A DNA stretch of 64,000 nucleotides, from NCBI GenBank assembly GCA_026387335.1, contig JAPLLX010000001.1:106620-170619 (forward strand), read 5' to 3'. The notes beneath the pieces were generated by a model that saw nothing but the letters and a program-made list of their open reading frames with translations, was not told where the DNA came from and did not search any database. This document shows positions 40,721-50,584 of the stretch, in pieces (position 1 is the first letter of the stretch; each line of letters begins with the position of its first letter). This DNA is from Candidatus Omnitrophota bacterium (GTDB taxonomy: Bacteria > Omnitrophota > Gorgyraeia > Gygaellales > Profunditerraquicolaceae). Both the position numbers and the translations under genes were made by a program.

Positions 40721-41446
40721 ATGTATAGAGGAAAGAGTGTACTAGCATTAATTCCGGCAAGGGGAGGGAGCAAGGGTTTGCCAGGAAAGAATATTCGCTT
40801 ACTTTTGGGAAAACCTTTGATCTCCTGGTCCATAGAGCAGGCTTTAGGAAGCCGGTATATTGATAAAGTGGTTGTAAGCACTGATTCAACGAAAATTACC
40901 GGTATTGCCCGTCACTATGGAGCGGAAGTTCCTTTTAGGAGGCCGAAGAAATTAGCATCCGACAATGCGAAAAGTATGGATGTTATTTTACACGCAATAA
41001 ATTTTTATGAATCACGGGGTCATATTTTTGATATTATCGTTTTTCTTGAGCCGACCTCTCCGTTAAGGGAGATAGAAGATATCGATAAGGCGATTGAGAT
41101 CCTTATGACTAATCAAAAGGCTGAAAGCATAGTTGGTGTTGCAAAACTTGAATCTGCTCATCCGGAGTTTCTGGTGAAGCTAAAGAAAGGTTTTTTGGAG
41201 CCTTATTTGAATAAGGCGTACAAAGTTTTTCGAAGGCAGGAGGTGGAGGAGCTATATTTCTTTGAGGGGAGTTTATATATAGCTTACGCGGAATCATTAA
41301 AGAATAAAAAAACATTCTATCACAATAAGACATTGGCCTACATCGTTCCCAAGTGGAAATCTTTTGAAATGGATGATTATACGGATTTTATAATAATCGA
41401 GGCAATTCTTAGGGCGAGAAGAAGAGGAGTAAAAATTTATGACTAA
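40721..41446 (+). CDS. neuA: CMP-nonulosonate synthetase (NeuA/LegF-like)
   Basis: IPARGGSKGLPGKN, VSTDS, LEPTSPLR, RRQ. Confidence 0.9.
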   Translation: MYRGKSVLALIPARGGSKGLPGKNIRLLLGKPLISWSIEQALGSRYIDKVVVSTDSTKITGIARHYGAEVPFRRPKKLASDNAKSMDVILHAINFYESRGHIFDIIVFLEPTSPLREIEDIDKAIEILMTNQKAESIVGVAKLESAHPEFLVKLKKGFLEPYLNKAYKVFRRQEVEELYFFEGSLYIAYAESLKNKKTFYHNKTLAYIVPKWKSFEMDDYTDFIIIEAILRARRRGVKIYD

Positions 41447-42755
41447 AAAAACAGGTATCAGATTATGGAATGAGGCAAAAACTATTATTCCTGGAGGGAA
41501 TCAGCTTTTGTCAAAAAGGGTAGAGCGTTTTCTCCCGGGTGAATGGCCGGCATATTATACTAAGGCAAAAGGCTGCCAGATTTGGGATCTGGATGGCAAT
41601 AGATATTATGATTTTGCTCAGATGGGAGTCGGTTCTTGTGCCTTGGGTTATGCGGATGAGGATGTGAATAGGGCAGTTATTAGTGCGATTCGTGATGGAT
41701 CAATGGCTACATTAAACTGTTACGAAGAAGTTGAATTAGCTAAAAAGTTAATAAAAATCCATCCCTGGGCTGATTCAGTCAAGTTTGCAAGAACCGGCGG
41801 TGAGGCTTGTGCTATAGCAATTAGAATTGCCCGCGCTGCTGCAGGCCGCAGTAAAATTGCATTTTGCGGCTATCATGGATGGCATGATTGGTATCTTTCG
41901 GCAAATATAGCGAATTCAAATAATCTTGACGAACAGCTTTTGCCCGGCCTTGCTCCGTTAGGAGTGCCCTTTGAGTTAAAAGGAAGCGCGATCCCTTTTA
42001 ATTATAACAAATTAAGCGAGTTAGAAAATATTATTAAGTCTAACCCCAAACAAATTGGCGTTATTATTATGGAACCTATGCGCAGCATTTATCCTGAGCC
42101 CGGATTTCTTGAAGGAGTTAGAAAGATAGCCGACCGCATAGGAGCGATTCTTATCTTTGATGAAGTAACCTCAGGTTTTCGCCTTAATTTAGGCGGAATT
42201 CATCTGGTTTTTGGGGTTAAGCCGGATATTGCGGTATTTGGAAAAGCACTTGGCAATGGTTTCCCTATTACGGCTGTTATCGGCAAGAAAAAAATTATGG
42301 ATTTTGCGCAACGAACTTTCGTCAGTTCTACTTTTTGGACTGAACGCATAGGTTTCGTAGCTGCGTTAGCTACATTAAGAAAGATGGCGGAGAAAAAAGT
42401 GCAGAAGAAGCTTGTTTATTTTGGGGAACGTATTAATGCGGGATGGAAAAAGTTGGCAAGAAAACATAATTTGGGCATTACCATCAGCGGAATACCTCCG
42501 CTTACGCACATTTCGTTTAAAAATAATGTTCCTTTGGAAACTCAAACCCTATATGCGCAGGAAATGCTTGAACAGGGTTTCCTAGTGAGTTCATCCGTAT
42601 ATGCGACTTATGCGTATACGGATGAACTTATTGATAAGTTTATTTTTCATTCAGACAGGGCTTTTGCAAAAATCAGAAAAGCATTAGATTCGACGGAAAT
42701 AAAGCGATTTTTGAAAAACGATGTAATACAAGAGGGTTTTAAACGGCTTGCTTAA
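41439..42755 (+). CDS. Class III PLP aminotransferase (GSA-aminomutase-like)
   Basis: IPGG, DLDGNRYYD, RTGGEA, GYHGWHDW, FDEVTSGFR, FGKALGNG. Confidence 0.85.
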   Translation: MTKKTGIRLWNEAKTIIPGGNQLLSKRVERFLPGEWPAYYTKAKGCQIWDLDGNRYYDFAQMGVGSCALGYADEDVNRAVISAIRDGSMATLNCYEEVELAKKLIKIHPWADSVKFARTGGEACAIAIRIARAAAGRSKIAFCGYHGWHDWYLSANIANSNNLDEQLLPGLAPLGVPFELKGSAIPFNYNKLSELENIIKSNPKQIGVIIMEPMRSIYPEPGFLEGVRKIADRIGAILIFDEVTSGFRLNLGGIHLVFGVKPDIAVFGKALGNGFPITAVIGKKKIMDFAQRTFVSSTFWTERIGFVAALATLRKMAEKKVQKKLVYFGERINAGWKKLARKHNLGITISGIPPLTHISFKNNVPLETQTLYAQEMLEQGFLVSSSVYATYAYTDELIDKFIFHSDRAFAKIRKALDSTEIKRFLKNDVIQEGFKRLA

Positions 42756-42784
42756 GTTTTATTCATATAGAAAGAGGAAGGACT

Positions 42785-43555
42785 ATGCTAAAAGATAAGG
42801 TAATAATTGTTGCTGGCGGAGCAGGTCTATTAGGCAGTGAATTCGTGAAAGCAATTGCGGAAAATAATGGAACTGCGATTATCGGTGATAGTGATGAAAA
42901 AAAAGGCCGTAAGACAAAAACTGATATTTTAAGAAATTTGCGAAATGGCAGGGTAGACTTTATTGTGTTAGATATAACTTCTTTAAAGTCTATTAAAGCA
43001 ATGATTAAGAAGGTTCATTTAAAATATGGAAAAATTGATGCTTTAGTTAATAGCGCATTCCCTAAGAATCGAAATTATGGTAAATATTTTTTTGATGTAC
43101 AGTATAAAGACTTTTGTGAGAACCTAAACACACATTTAGGCGGATATTTCCTAACTTCACAACAGGCCGCTTTATATTTTAAACAACAAGGGTATGGTAA
43201 TATTGTGAATATTGCTTCTATTTATGGGGTAATTCCTCCTAAGTTTGAAATATACCAAGGGACAAAAATGACTATGCCAGTGGAATATGCTATGATAAAA
43301 TCGGCGCTAATTCATTTGACAAAATATATGGCTAAATATCTAAAAGGGATGAATATCCGCGTTAACGCTATCAGTCCAGGGGGCATCTTTGATAATCAGC
43401 CGGATCTTTTCGTGAAAGCATATAATAATTTATGCCTAAACAAAGGGATGCTGGGGAAAAAAGATTTGAATGGGACTTTAGTTTATCTGCTGTCAGAGAT
43501 GTCAAAAGATTTAAACGGGCAGAATATAACCGTGGATGGTGGATTCACATTGTAA
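42785..43555 (+). CDS. ptmA: SDR oxidoreductase, flagellin modification protein A (PtmA)-like
   Basis: GGAGLLG, P.N.NYG..F.DV, MTMPVEYAMIK, SPGGI, VDGGFTL. Confidence 0.75.
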   Translation: MLKDKVIIVAGGAGLLGSEFVKAIAENNGTAIIGDSDEKKGRKTKTDILRNLRNGRVDFIVLDITSLKSIKAMIKKVHLKYGKIDALVNSAFPKNRNYGKYFFDVQYKDFCENLNTHLGGYFLTSQQAALYFKQQGYGNIVNIASIYGVIPPKFEIYQGTKMTMPVEYAMIKSALIHLTKYMAKYLKGMNIRVNAISPGGIFDNQPDLFVKAYNNLCLNKGMLGKKDLNGTLVYLLSEMSKDLNGQNITVDGGFTL

Positions 43556-43574
43556 GTAACCAAGGAGTTTAGTG

Positions 43575-45173
43575 ATGAAATTTCTTATGATCTATGCTAA
43601 CGATACTGCTAATACAAAAGTTCCAATAGGGATACTTTATATACTTACCCGCTTAAAAAAAGAAGGGCATGAAGTGAGTATGTTTGATAGCTCTAAATAC
43701 GCCATAGATATAGATAAAAATGATTACGCGATAAGAGGAAGGTTTCTAAATTTTCAGGCAGTTGATTTAAGGCCTTACGGTGTTACCTTTGAGAGCGTAA
43801 CAATGGAACAACTTGACCAAAAGTTGAAAGAACATATATTAAATTTTTGTCCGGATTTAATAGGAATTTCTATACTTGAAGATACAAGTAAAACCGGGTT
43901 GCATTTTGCTGAGATTTGTAAAAAAGTAGCTCCGAAAGTCCCCCTTATCGTAGGGGGCGTATATTGTTTAACAAGGCCGGAATACGTGATAGAGAATAAA
44001 TTTGTGGATATTGTTTGCGTGGGGGAAGGCGAAGAGAGCATAAGTGAGCTAATGTTTAATTTGTCAAAGGGCAAAAGTTTTGAGGCAATTTCCAATCTTT
44101 GGATTAAATTACCAGACGGGGACATTAAAAAAAATGCCATAGGGTATCCTACTGAATTAGATTCTTTGCCATACATAGATCTTTCTATAATTGAGGATAG
44201 GCATCTTTTCGCCCCTTTCGCGGGACACGCCTATAAGACATCTTTTGTGGAGGGCCAAAGAGGATGTCCAAGGAGGTGTACCTATTGCTGTAATCAGATT
44301 TTTTTAGACGCATACTCAAAATTTGGCGCTAAATATTTAAGGCGCAAAACAGTTAATCGCCTTATTCAAGAAATAGTATATTTAAAAGATAATTTTGGGC
44401 TTAATTTTATTCAATTCATAGATGACGATTTTTTGTTTAGCCCATTAGATAGAATAAAAGAATTTTCTGAAAGTTATAAAAAGCATGTGAATCTTCCCTT
44501 TTGGATACAAGCTGAAGCTTGCAACGTAACCGAAGAAAAAATTAAACTAATCAGAAAAGCCGGTTGTATTTCAATCAGTATCGGTATTGAAACCGGGAGC
44601 AAGTATATATTGGAAAAGATTATGAAACGGAAAACATCCCAAGAGATTACTTTAAAAGCATTTAAGATAATGCATAGGCACGGCATAAGAACATCCGCAA
44701 ATGTTATTTTGGGTATGCCTGAGGAAACCAGGGAAAATATTTTTGAAACAATTGAGTTTGTGAGGAAATGCAAGCCCGTAAGCATTAACTCTAATATTTT
44801 TGTCCCTTACTATGGAACGGCCTTGCGAGAATATTGCGTTGAAAAGGGGTATTTGGATAAAGACTATCACCGTGGTTCGCGCAATTCCTGGAAAGCCGTT
44901 TTAAATATGCCGCAAATTTCACAAGATGAGGTTGAGAATTTATCAAGAGTATTTGTGCTTTACGCAACATTGTCTAAGAAATATTGGGCTCAAATAGGAA
45001 TGGTCGAGAAATTTCCTGAAAAAAGCTTAGAGCTTCAAAGAAAGCTTGAAAATATTTTTTGGAAAATTGTGTGCAAACGCGGGATTAATATCGATGTTAG
45101 AGGGTATGATTATAGTCTGTTTTTTAAAAATAGACAATTGGAGCTGCAATCTCAAGGTAAGAATAAAGTTTAA
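43575..45173 (+). CDS. Cobalamin-binding radical SAM protein (copy 2)
   Basis: IVGGV, VCVGEGE, RGCPRRCTYC, GIETG, LGMPEET, PYYGT. Confidence 0.9.
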   Translation: MKFLMIYANDTANTKVPIGILYILTRLKKEGHEVSMFDSSKYAIDIDKNDYAIRGRFLNFQAVDLRPYGVTFESVTMEQLDQKLKEHILNFCPDLIGISILEDTSKTGLHFAEICKKVAPKVPLIVGGVYCLTRPEYVIENKFVDIVCVGEGEESISELMFNLSKGKSFEAISNLWIKLPDGDIKKNAIGYPTELDSLPYIDLSIIEDRHLFAPFAGHAYKTSFVEGQRGCPRRCTYCCNQIFLDAYSKFGAKYLRRKTVNRLIQEIVYLKDNFGLNFIQFIDDDFLFSPLDRIKEFSESYKKHVNLPFWIQAEACNVTEEKIKLIRKAGCISISIGIETGSKYILEKIMKRKTSQEITLKAFKIMHRHGIRTSANVILGMPEETRENIFETIEFVRKCKPVSINSNIFVPYYGTALREYCVEKGYLDKDYHRGSRNSWKAVLNMPQISQDEVENLSRVFVLYATLSKKYWAQIGMVEKFPEKSLELQRKLENIFWKIVCKRGINIDVRGYDYSLFFKNRQLELQSQGKNKV

Positions 45174-45196
45174 TTTCATGAGGTTTGGAGAAACAG

Positions 45197-45505
45197 ATGA
45201 CAGATAAAGCAAGAGTGGTTCAAGCAATATTCAGGGCAGTTGATGAGGTTAACGAGCTATTACCAGAAGAGCAGCAATCCGAAAAGTCCCTGGATACAGT
45301 TTTGTTTGGTAAAAATGGAAGATTAGATTCTTTAGGAATTGTAATTTTTTTCGTAGCAGTAGAGAAAAAAATTGAAAAAGAATTCGGAGTAGTAATTATG
45401 TTGACGGATGAGAAGATAATGTCTCAGAAGAATAATCCCCTACAGACTATTGAGACCCTTGTTGATTATGTTTCTATGCATTTAGAGGAGAAATTAAATG
45501 GATAG
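45197..45505 (+). CDS. Acyl carrier protein
   Basis: Small acidic protein with phosphopantetheine site LDSLG; GGAG before ATG 45197. Confidence 0.85.
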   Translation: MTDKARVVQAIFRAVDEVNELLPEEQQSEKSLDTVLFGKNGRLDSLGIVIFFVAVEKKIEKEFGVVIMLTDEKIMSQKNNPLQTIETLVDYVSMHLEEKLNG

Positions 45506-47186
45506 ACGGAAACTTAGGGCGTTACTTATTTCGGACTTCAATATAGATATTCTTAAGGGATATTTAAATAATGATGAAGAATTACCGTTACTTAATATAA
45601 CAGTTGCGCCTTTCGGGCAGGTTATGCCAATTTTGCTTGAGGAAAAATCCGAATACTGGAAGAGTAAATATAATTCCGTGATAGTATGGACTCAGCCCGA
45701 AAATGTTATCGGGTCTTTCAAGTGCATTCTTAATTATCAACATGTACCTCTTGACAAAGTGCTTGCGGAAGTAGATGAGTTTTCTCGAGCATTAATGAAT
45801 TTACAAGAGAGAGTTAGTCTTGTATTCGTTCCTATATGGGTCCTGCCGACGTATCATAAAGGTTATGGAATGCTTGAGATGAAAGATGGAATCGGTATTG
45901 AGAATATATTAAAGCAAATGAATTTAAGGCTTTCAAAAAATTTAGACTCCGCAACAAATATATATTTATTAAACACTCAGAAGTGGATCGAGGTTGTCGG
46001 TAAGTATGCATTTGATCATAAATTATGGTATATGGCTAAGATCCCTTTTGGAAACGAAGTCTTCAAAGAGGCAACCCAGGATATTAAATCTGCCTTAAGA
46101 GGAATTAATGGTGCTTCAAGAAAGATAATCATTCTTGACTTAGATAATACATTATGGGGAGCAATAGTAGGAGAAGTTGGTTGGGAAAATATTCAACTGG
46201 GAGGGCACGACTATATCGGTGAAGCGTATCTTGATTTTCAAAGAGCGTTAAAATCTTTAACTAATCGCGGTATTTTATTAAGTATAGTCAGTAAAAACGA
46301 AGAGTCATTAGCTTTAGAAGCAATAAACAAGCATCCAGAAATGGCGCTTAGGTTAGAGGATTTTGCTGCCTGGAAAATTAATTGGAAAGACAAAGCTCAG
46401 AATATTATCGATTTAGTTTCTGATTTGAATTTGGGCTTGCAATCCGCAGTTTTTATAGATGATGACCCTGTGGAGCGGGCAAGAGTTAGGGAGGCTTTAC
46501 CTGAGGTTTTTGTTCCTGAATGGCCAGAAGACAAATTGTTATATAAGAAGACGCTACTTAGCCTGCGTTGTTTTGATGCTCCTTCAGTTAGCAAAGAAGA
46601 CTTAGAAAGAACTAAGATGTATGTGACTGAGCGTGAGCGGCAGGATTTAAAAAGTAATGTTGGTTCTTTAGAAGATTGGCTAAAGGTATTAGGGATAAAA
46701 GTAAAAGTGGAGAAGCTTAATGATGCCAATCTTCAAAGAACGGTTCAATTGTTAAATAAAACTAATCAAATGAATCTTAGTACAAGAAGAATGACGGAAT
46801 CTGAGCTGGTAAATTGGACTAAGCAGGATAATCATAAATTTTGGATTTTTCGTGTTATTGATAAGTTTGGCGATGCAGGCTTAACAGGTATAATAAGCCT
46901 CCAGGTAGATAATAAGATAGGTAGGGTCGTTGATTTCGTATTAAGTTGTAGGGTGATTGGACGAAAAATAGAAGAAACTATGCTATATAAAGTTGTTAAT
47001 TATGCACAATCTATAGGATTAGATAAGGTCTACGCAAAATATATTCCGACACCAAAGAATAAACCATGTTTAGAATTATGGAATCGTTCAGGATTTGTTT
47101 ATAATGAAGAAAATAATTGTTTTAGTTGGGAAGTCAAGAAAGATTACTCCTTGCCAGACTGTATACAAATCGAAAAGGAAGAATGA
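45498..47186 (+). CDS. fkbH: FkbH-like glyceryl-ACP loading enzyme (HAD-IIIC)
   Basis: DLDNTLWG, SKN, FIDD..ER, KTNQMNL, DKFGDAG, LSCRVIGR. Confidence 0.9.
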   Translation: MDRRKLRALLISDFNIDILKGYLNNDEELPLLNITVAPFGQVMPILLEEKSEYWKSKYNSVIVWTQPENVIGSFKCILNYQHVPLDKVLAEVDEFSRALMNLQERVSLVFVPIWVLPTYHKGYGMLEMKDGIGIENILKQMNLRLSKNLDSATNIYLLNTQKWIEVVGKYAFDHKLWYMAKIPFGNEVFKEATQDIKSALRGINGASRKIIILDLDNTLWGAIVGEVGWENIQLGGHDYIGEAYLDFQRALKSLTNRGILLSIVSKNEESLALEAINKHPEMALRLEDFAAWKINWKDKAQNIIDLVSDLNLGLQSAVFIDDDPVERARVREALPEVFVPEWPEDKLLYKKTLLSLRCFDAPSVSKEDLERTKMYVTERERQDLKSNVGSLEDWLKVLGIKVKVEKLNDANLQRTVQLLNKTNQMNLSTRRMTESELVNWTKQDNHKFWIFRVIDKFGDAGLTGIISLQVDNKIGRVVDFVLSCRVIGRKIEETMLYKVVNYAQSIGLDKVYAKYIPTPKNKPCLELWNRSGFVYNEENNCFSWEVKKDYSLPDCIQIEKEE

Positions 47187-47593
47187 TTATGGTTAAGCTA
47201 AATTTCTTCGGTAAAGACGCAAGATTCCACCATGTCGGTATTGTAGTAAAATCTATAAAAGAAGTATGCCCGTCGAGTAGGATAACTATCGACCCCATTC
47301 AAGGGGTAAGTGTTGCCTTTGTATCATTGAATGGAGTTAAATTAGAACTTATTGAACCCTATAGTGATAATTCTCCTGTAACCGGAAGCCTAAAGAAAGG
47401 GATAAAACTTCTTCATATCTGTTATGCTGTTTCTAATATTGAAAATATAATAAAGGAGTGTAGAAAATTTGGATTCCATTGCATTGCACAACCTGTGCCG
47501 GCGGCTGCCTTTAATAAAAAAATAGCCTGGGTATATAGTAACGAATATGGGTTATTTGAACTTTTAGAAAAGAAAGACTCTAAGAAAAAATGA
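47183..47593 (+). CDS. VOC-family protein, methylmalonyl-CoA epimerase-like
   Basis: Metal ligands FHHVG, LELIEP, LHICY, FELLE; ATGA overlap with fkbH. Confidence 0.8.
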   Translation: MIMVKLNFFGKDARFHHVGIVVKSIKEVCPSSRITIDPIQGVSVAFVSLNGVKLELIEPYSDNSPVTGSLKKGIKLLHICYAVSNIENIIKECRKFGFHCIAQPVPAAAFNKKIAWVYSNEYGLFELLEKKDSKKK

Positions 47594-48657
47594 TGTATCC
47601 ATCGGGTTTAGATATCCATATATGTAAAGAAGCGGAAATTGAAAAGCTGATGGGATTTATTAATAAATATTGGTCTAAGAATCATATATTATCATCAAGC
47701 AAAGTCCTTATGGACTGGCAACACTACAATAAGAAGGATCGTTGTTACAATTTTGTAGTTGCTTTAAACAAAAATGATCCGGAACTTATTGGAATATTGG
47801 GGTTTATACCCTCGCGTCACTTTGATCCGGCGCTTTCAGAAAACAATACAGTTTGGTTAGTTACCTGGAAGATAAGGGAAGATTCAAAAATCGCAGGATT
47901 AGGATTATTATTACATGGTTTTTTAGTAACGAATGAAAATCATAAGGCAATGGGAACAATAGGAAATAATAATAAGGTAGCTGGGCTTTATAAAGCGCTT
48001 GGTTACGAGATAGGCCAGTTAAATCAATTTTATATTATCAATGATAAAAAGGAAAATTTTTGTCTGGTAGATAGTTATCCCAAGAATCCTTATCGTCCAC
48101 AGCATTTTAATCATAATTCAAAGAAAAAATTTATAAAGATCGATAAGTTAAACTTTGCGGAGTTGTCCAGAAAGCTAACCTATCAACAATCCGAAGCAGA
48201 ACTGCCTAAAAAGTCTTTTAGATACTTCTATAAGCGTTATTTGGAACATCCAATTTACAATTATGATCTTTATGCCATAGCTGAAGGGGAGCAATATATA
48301 GGATTAGTAGTTATGCGTTGTGTAGAATACAAAGATAATTATGCCTTAAGAATCGTAGATTACTTTGGACCCGATGATGGCATAGCAAGAATGAGAAGTC
48401 AATTTCAAGAGTTACTCCGGGTTTATGATGCTGAATACATTGACATATTTAATTATGGAATAAATGACACTTTTTTTGAAGGATCAGGTTTTATAAAACT
48501 TAATACAGGAAGTAAGGTAATAATCCCAAATTACTACGAACCATTCGAAAAGCGTAATGTAAAAATCAATTTCGCATTTCATGCAGATGAAAAATTCAGT
48601 TATAAACTTTTCAAAGGGGACGCAGACCAAGACCGGCCAAATCTAATGTCCCATTAG
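47590..48657 (+). CDS. Putative GNAT-like acyltransferase
   Basis: YW...HIL, GILGFIP, WL.TWK, GLGL.L, LY..LGY, RIVDY, PNYYEPF, KGDADQDRPN; context with ACP/FkbH. Confidence 0.55.
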   Translation: MMYPSGLDIHICKEAEIEKLMGFINKYWSKNHILSSSKVLMDWQHYNKKDRCYNFVVALNKNDPELIGILGFIPSRHFDPALSENNTVWLVTWKIREDSKIAGLGLLLHGFLVTNENHKAMGTIGNNNKVAGLYKALGYEIGQLNQFYIINDKKENFCLVDSYPKNPYRPQHFNHNSKKKFIKIDKLNFAELSRKLTYQQSEAELPKKSFRYFYKRYLEHPIYNYDLYAIAEGEQYIGLVVMRCVEYKDNYALRIVDYFGPDDGIARMRSQFQELLRVYDAEYIDIFNYGINDTFFEGSGFIKLNTGSKVIIPNYYEPFEKRNVKINFAFHADEKFSYKLFKGDADQDRPNLMSH

Positions 48658-48747
48658 TCAAGTGGTTTTCAAGTTAGCGCCGGACTTTTGTTAAGACACG
48701 TTTCAAAAATTTAGAATAACGTAAAGTAATCTAGCGATAGTTGAACC

Positions 48748-50541
48748 ATGGATAAAGCGGATAAAATGAAAAATGATAAGGTTTTTTTGGTAACAACCGC
48801 AATTGAAGATTTTTGGGATACTTCTTATCGTATTATTTTTTTAGGAGAGTGGTGTAAAAGATATAGTAGAAAAATATTTTGGCAAAATATTACATCAGAA
48901 ACCCTGCCGTCTTATTTTGAAGAAAAAAAGGGCCGCGAGATTTATCGCTATTTAGATACTGTTTTTGAACGCCTACTTTTTGTATTGCATAAACAAATGA
49001 ATAGAATTCACGGGACTAATTTTAGTATAAGATACTGGCGGATAATCTTTGGTTTCTGGCTTATAAATTATATACATGTAATGTATGATAGGTATAAAAA
49101 TTTGAAACATTTTACTGGACTTTATCCAAATTTTACCTCGATTTGCTTAGACAAAGAATGTTTTGTTACTCCTAAAGATACAATACATTTTGTTTGTCAT
49201 CTTAAAAATGATGATTATAATCTTCAAATATACAGTAGAATTTTATTTTGGTTGGGTTACAAATTACCTACAAAAAAATCGTCAATTGCTTTGCCTGATG
49301 TAAGTAGGTATTTTACGAAAGGGAGATGGAGTTTTAAGATAATTTTAAAATATGCCTATGAGCTAATCTGTAAAACATTTCAGAATAAAGATCAGATCCT
49401 TCTGAGAAATACTTATTTTTCTTATTTATCTCTATTTAGATTAGTACTTAAAACAAAAGGTGCTGTTTGGCCATGCGTTTATGATTACCAAGATTTACCT
49501 GATTTTCCTATTAATTATGAAGTAAGGGAAATTTTAGGTAGCTTTGAATTCGGAGAGAATGAATTTGAGAAAATGCTTGCTTCGCTTATTTCTTCCGATA
49601 TACCTCAAGTTATGATTGAAGGTTATAATTTTTTAAGAGAAAAGGTAAAAAATGATTTTGTATCTGAACCTAAAGCAATAATGAGCGGGATTTCTTGGTG
49701 GTTTGATACTACCTTCCGGGTTTGGGCTGCTGAATCTGCTGAAAAAGGAACTAAATTGTTAGGTGTGCAGCACGGAGGCGGCTATGGAACCTTGGAAGAT
49801 TCAATACAGATAGATGCTGAATTAAGTATTGTTGATAGATTTTACTCATGGGGTTGGAAATGTTGTGATGTTTATGCAGAAGTTATTCCAATGCCAGCAA
49901 CTAAATTAATAGAGAGAAAAATGAAAAGTCTGAATGGGCGTAATGGAGTACTGTGTGTTTTCACTAGTTACCCTAGATATTTGATTCAGTTTCCTTGGAC
50001 AGCAGATTATTTGAAAAATTATTATTTAATTCAAACTTTATTTATATCTCACCTTTCAGGATCAATAATGAGTCAGCTAAGGATTCGTCCCCACAGAGAA
50101 GATTTAGGATGGGATGTACGAGATAGAATAAGAGATCAGTTTCCCCAAATAAAAATTGAGAATTGGGATATTCCATTTTCTGATAGCCTGAGCAAGTGCT
50201 CTGTATTCATTTGTGATCATCCATTATATTCTACCACCTTTGTAGAAGCCTTAATAAATAATACGCCAACGATTGCATTTTATAACCCGGATTTTGCAGC
50301 TAATGTAATAAGAGACGAAGCTAAGGATATTTTAAGTCAGCTCAAAAATAGTTCGATTATTTTTGAGGATCCAGTATTGGCGGCTGAACAGCTAAATTCG
50401 GTTTACAATTCTATAGAAAGCTGGTGGAATGAGCCAAAGCGCCAAGAGGCTATAAGAAACTTTCTAGATAGATTCGGAAGGATTTCTTCCACTTGGTTGC
50501 AGGATTGGTCAGAAGAAATTTTAAAAGTTAGGAAAACTTAA
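48748..50541 (+). CDS. Putative transferase, LIC12162/TIGR04331-like
   Basis: LVTTA.E..W, FLGEWC, RYWRII.G.WL, QHGGGYG, SWGW, STTFVE; family name recalled. Confidence 0.65.
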   Translation: MDKADKMKNDKVFLVTTAIEDFWDTSYRIIFLGEWCKRYSRKIFWQNITSETLPSYFEEKKGREIYRYLDTVFERLLFVLHKQMNRIHGTNFSIRYWRIIFGFWLINYIHVMYDRYKNLKHFTGLYPNFTSICLDKECFVTPKDTIHFVCHLKNDDYNLQIYSRILFWLGYKLPTKKSSIALPDVSRYFTKGRWSFKIILKYAYELICKTFQNKDQILLRNTYFSYLSLFRLVLKTKGAVWPCVYDYQDLPDFPINYEVREILGSFEFGENEFEKMLASLISSDIPQVMIEGYNFLREKVKNDFVSEPKAIMSGISWWFDTTFRVWAAESAEKGTKLLGVQHGGGYGTLEDSIQIDAELSIVDRFYSWGWKCCDVYAEVIPMPATKLIERKMKSLNGRNGVLCVFTSYPRYLIQFPWTADYLKNYYLIQTLFISHLSGSIMSQLRIRPHREDLGWDVRDRIRDQFPQIKIENWDIPFSDSLSKCSVFICDHPLYSTTFVEALINNTPTIAFYNPDFAANVIRDEAKDILSQLKNSSIIFEDPVLAAEQLNSVYNSIESWWNEPKRQEAIRNFLDRFGRISSTWLQDWSEEILKVRKT

Positions 50542-50584
50542 AATAGGTTAGCTATAATTTAAAAAAGTATGAATTTGGAGAACT

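Noticed and set aside
41439-42755. hemL (tetrapyrrole synthesis) call for the class III aminotransferase
   Set aside because: Coupled to neuA and ptmA with no hem genes nearby; the GYHGWHDW variant fits sugar-cluster homologs better
45197-47593. PKS/NRPS secondary-metabolite cluster
   Set aside because: No KS, AT, C or A domains in the window; ACP and FkbH are embedded among glycan genes
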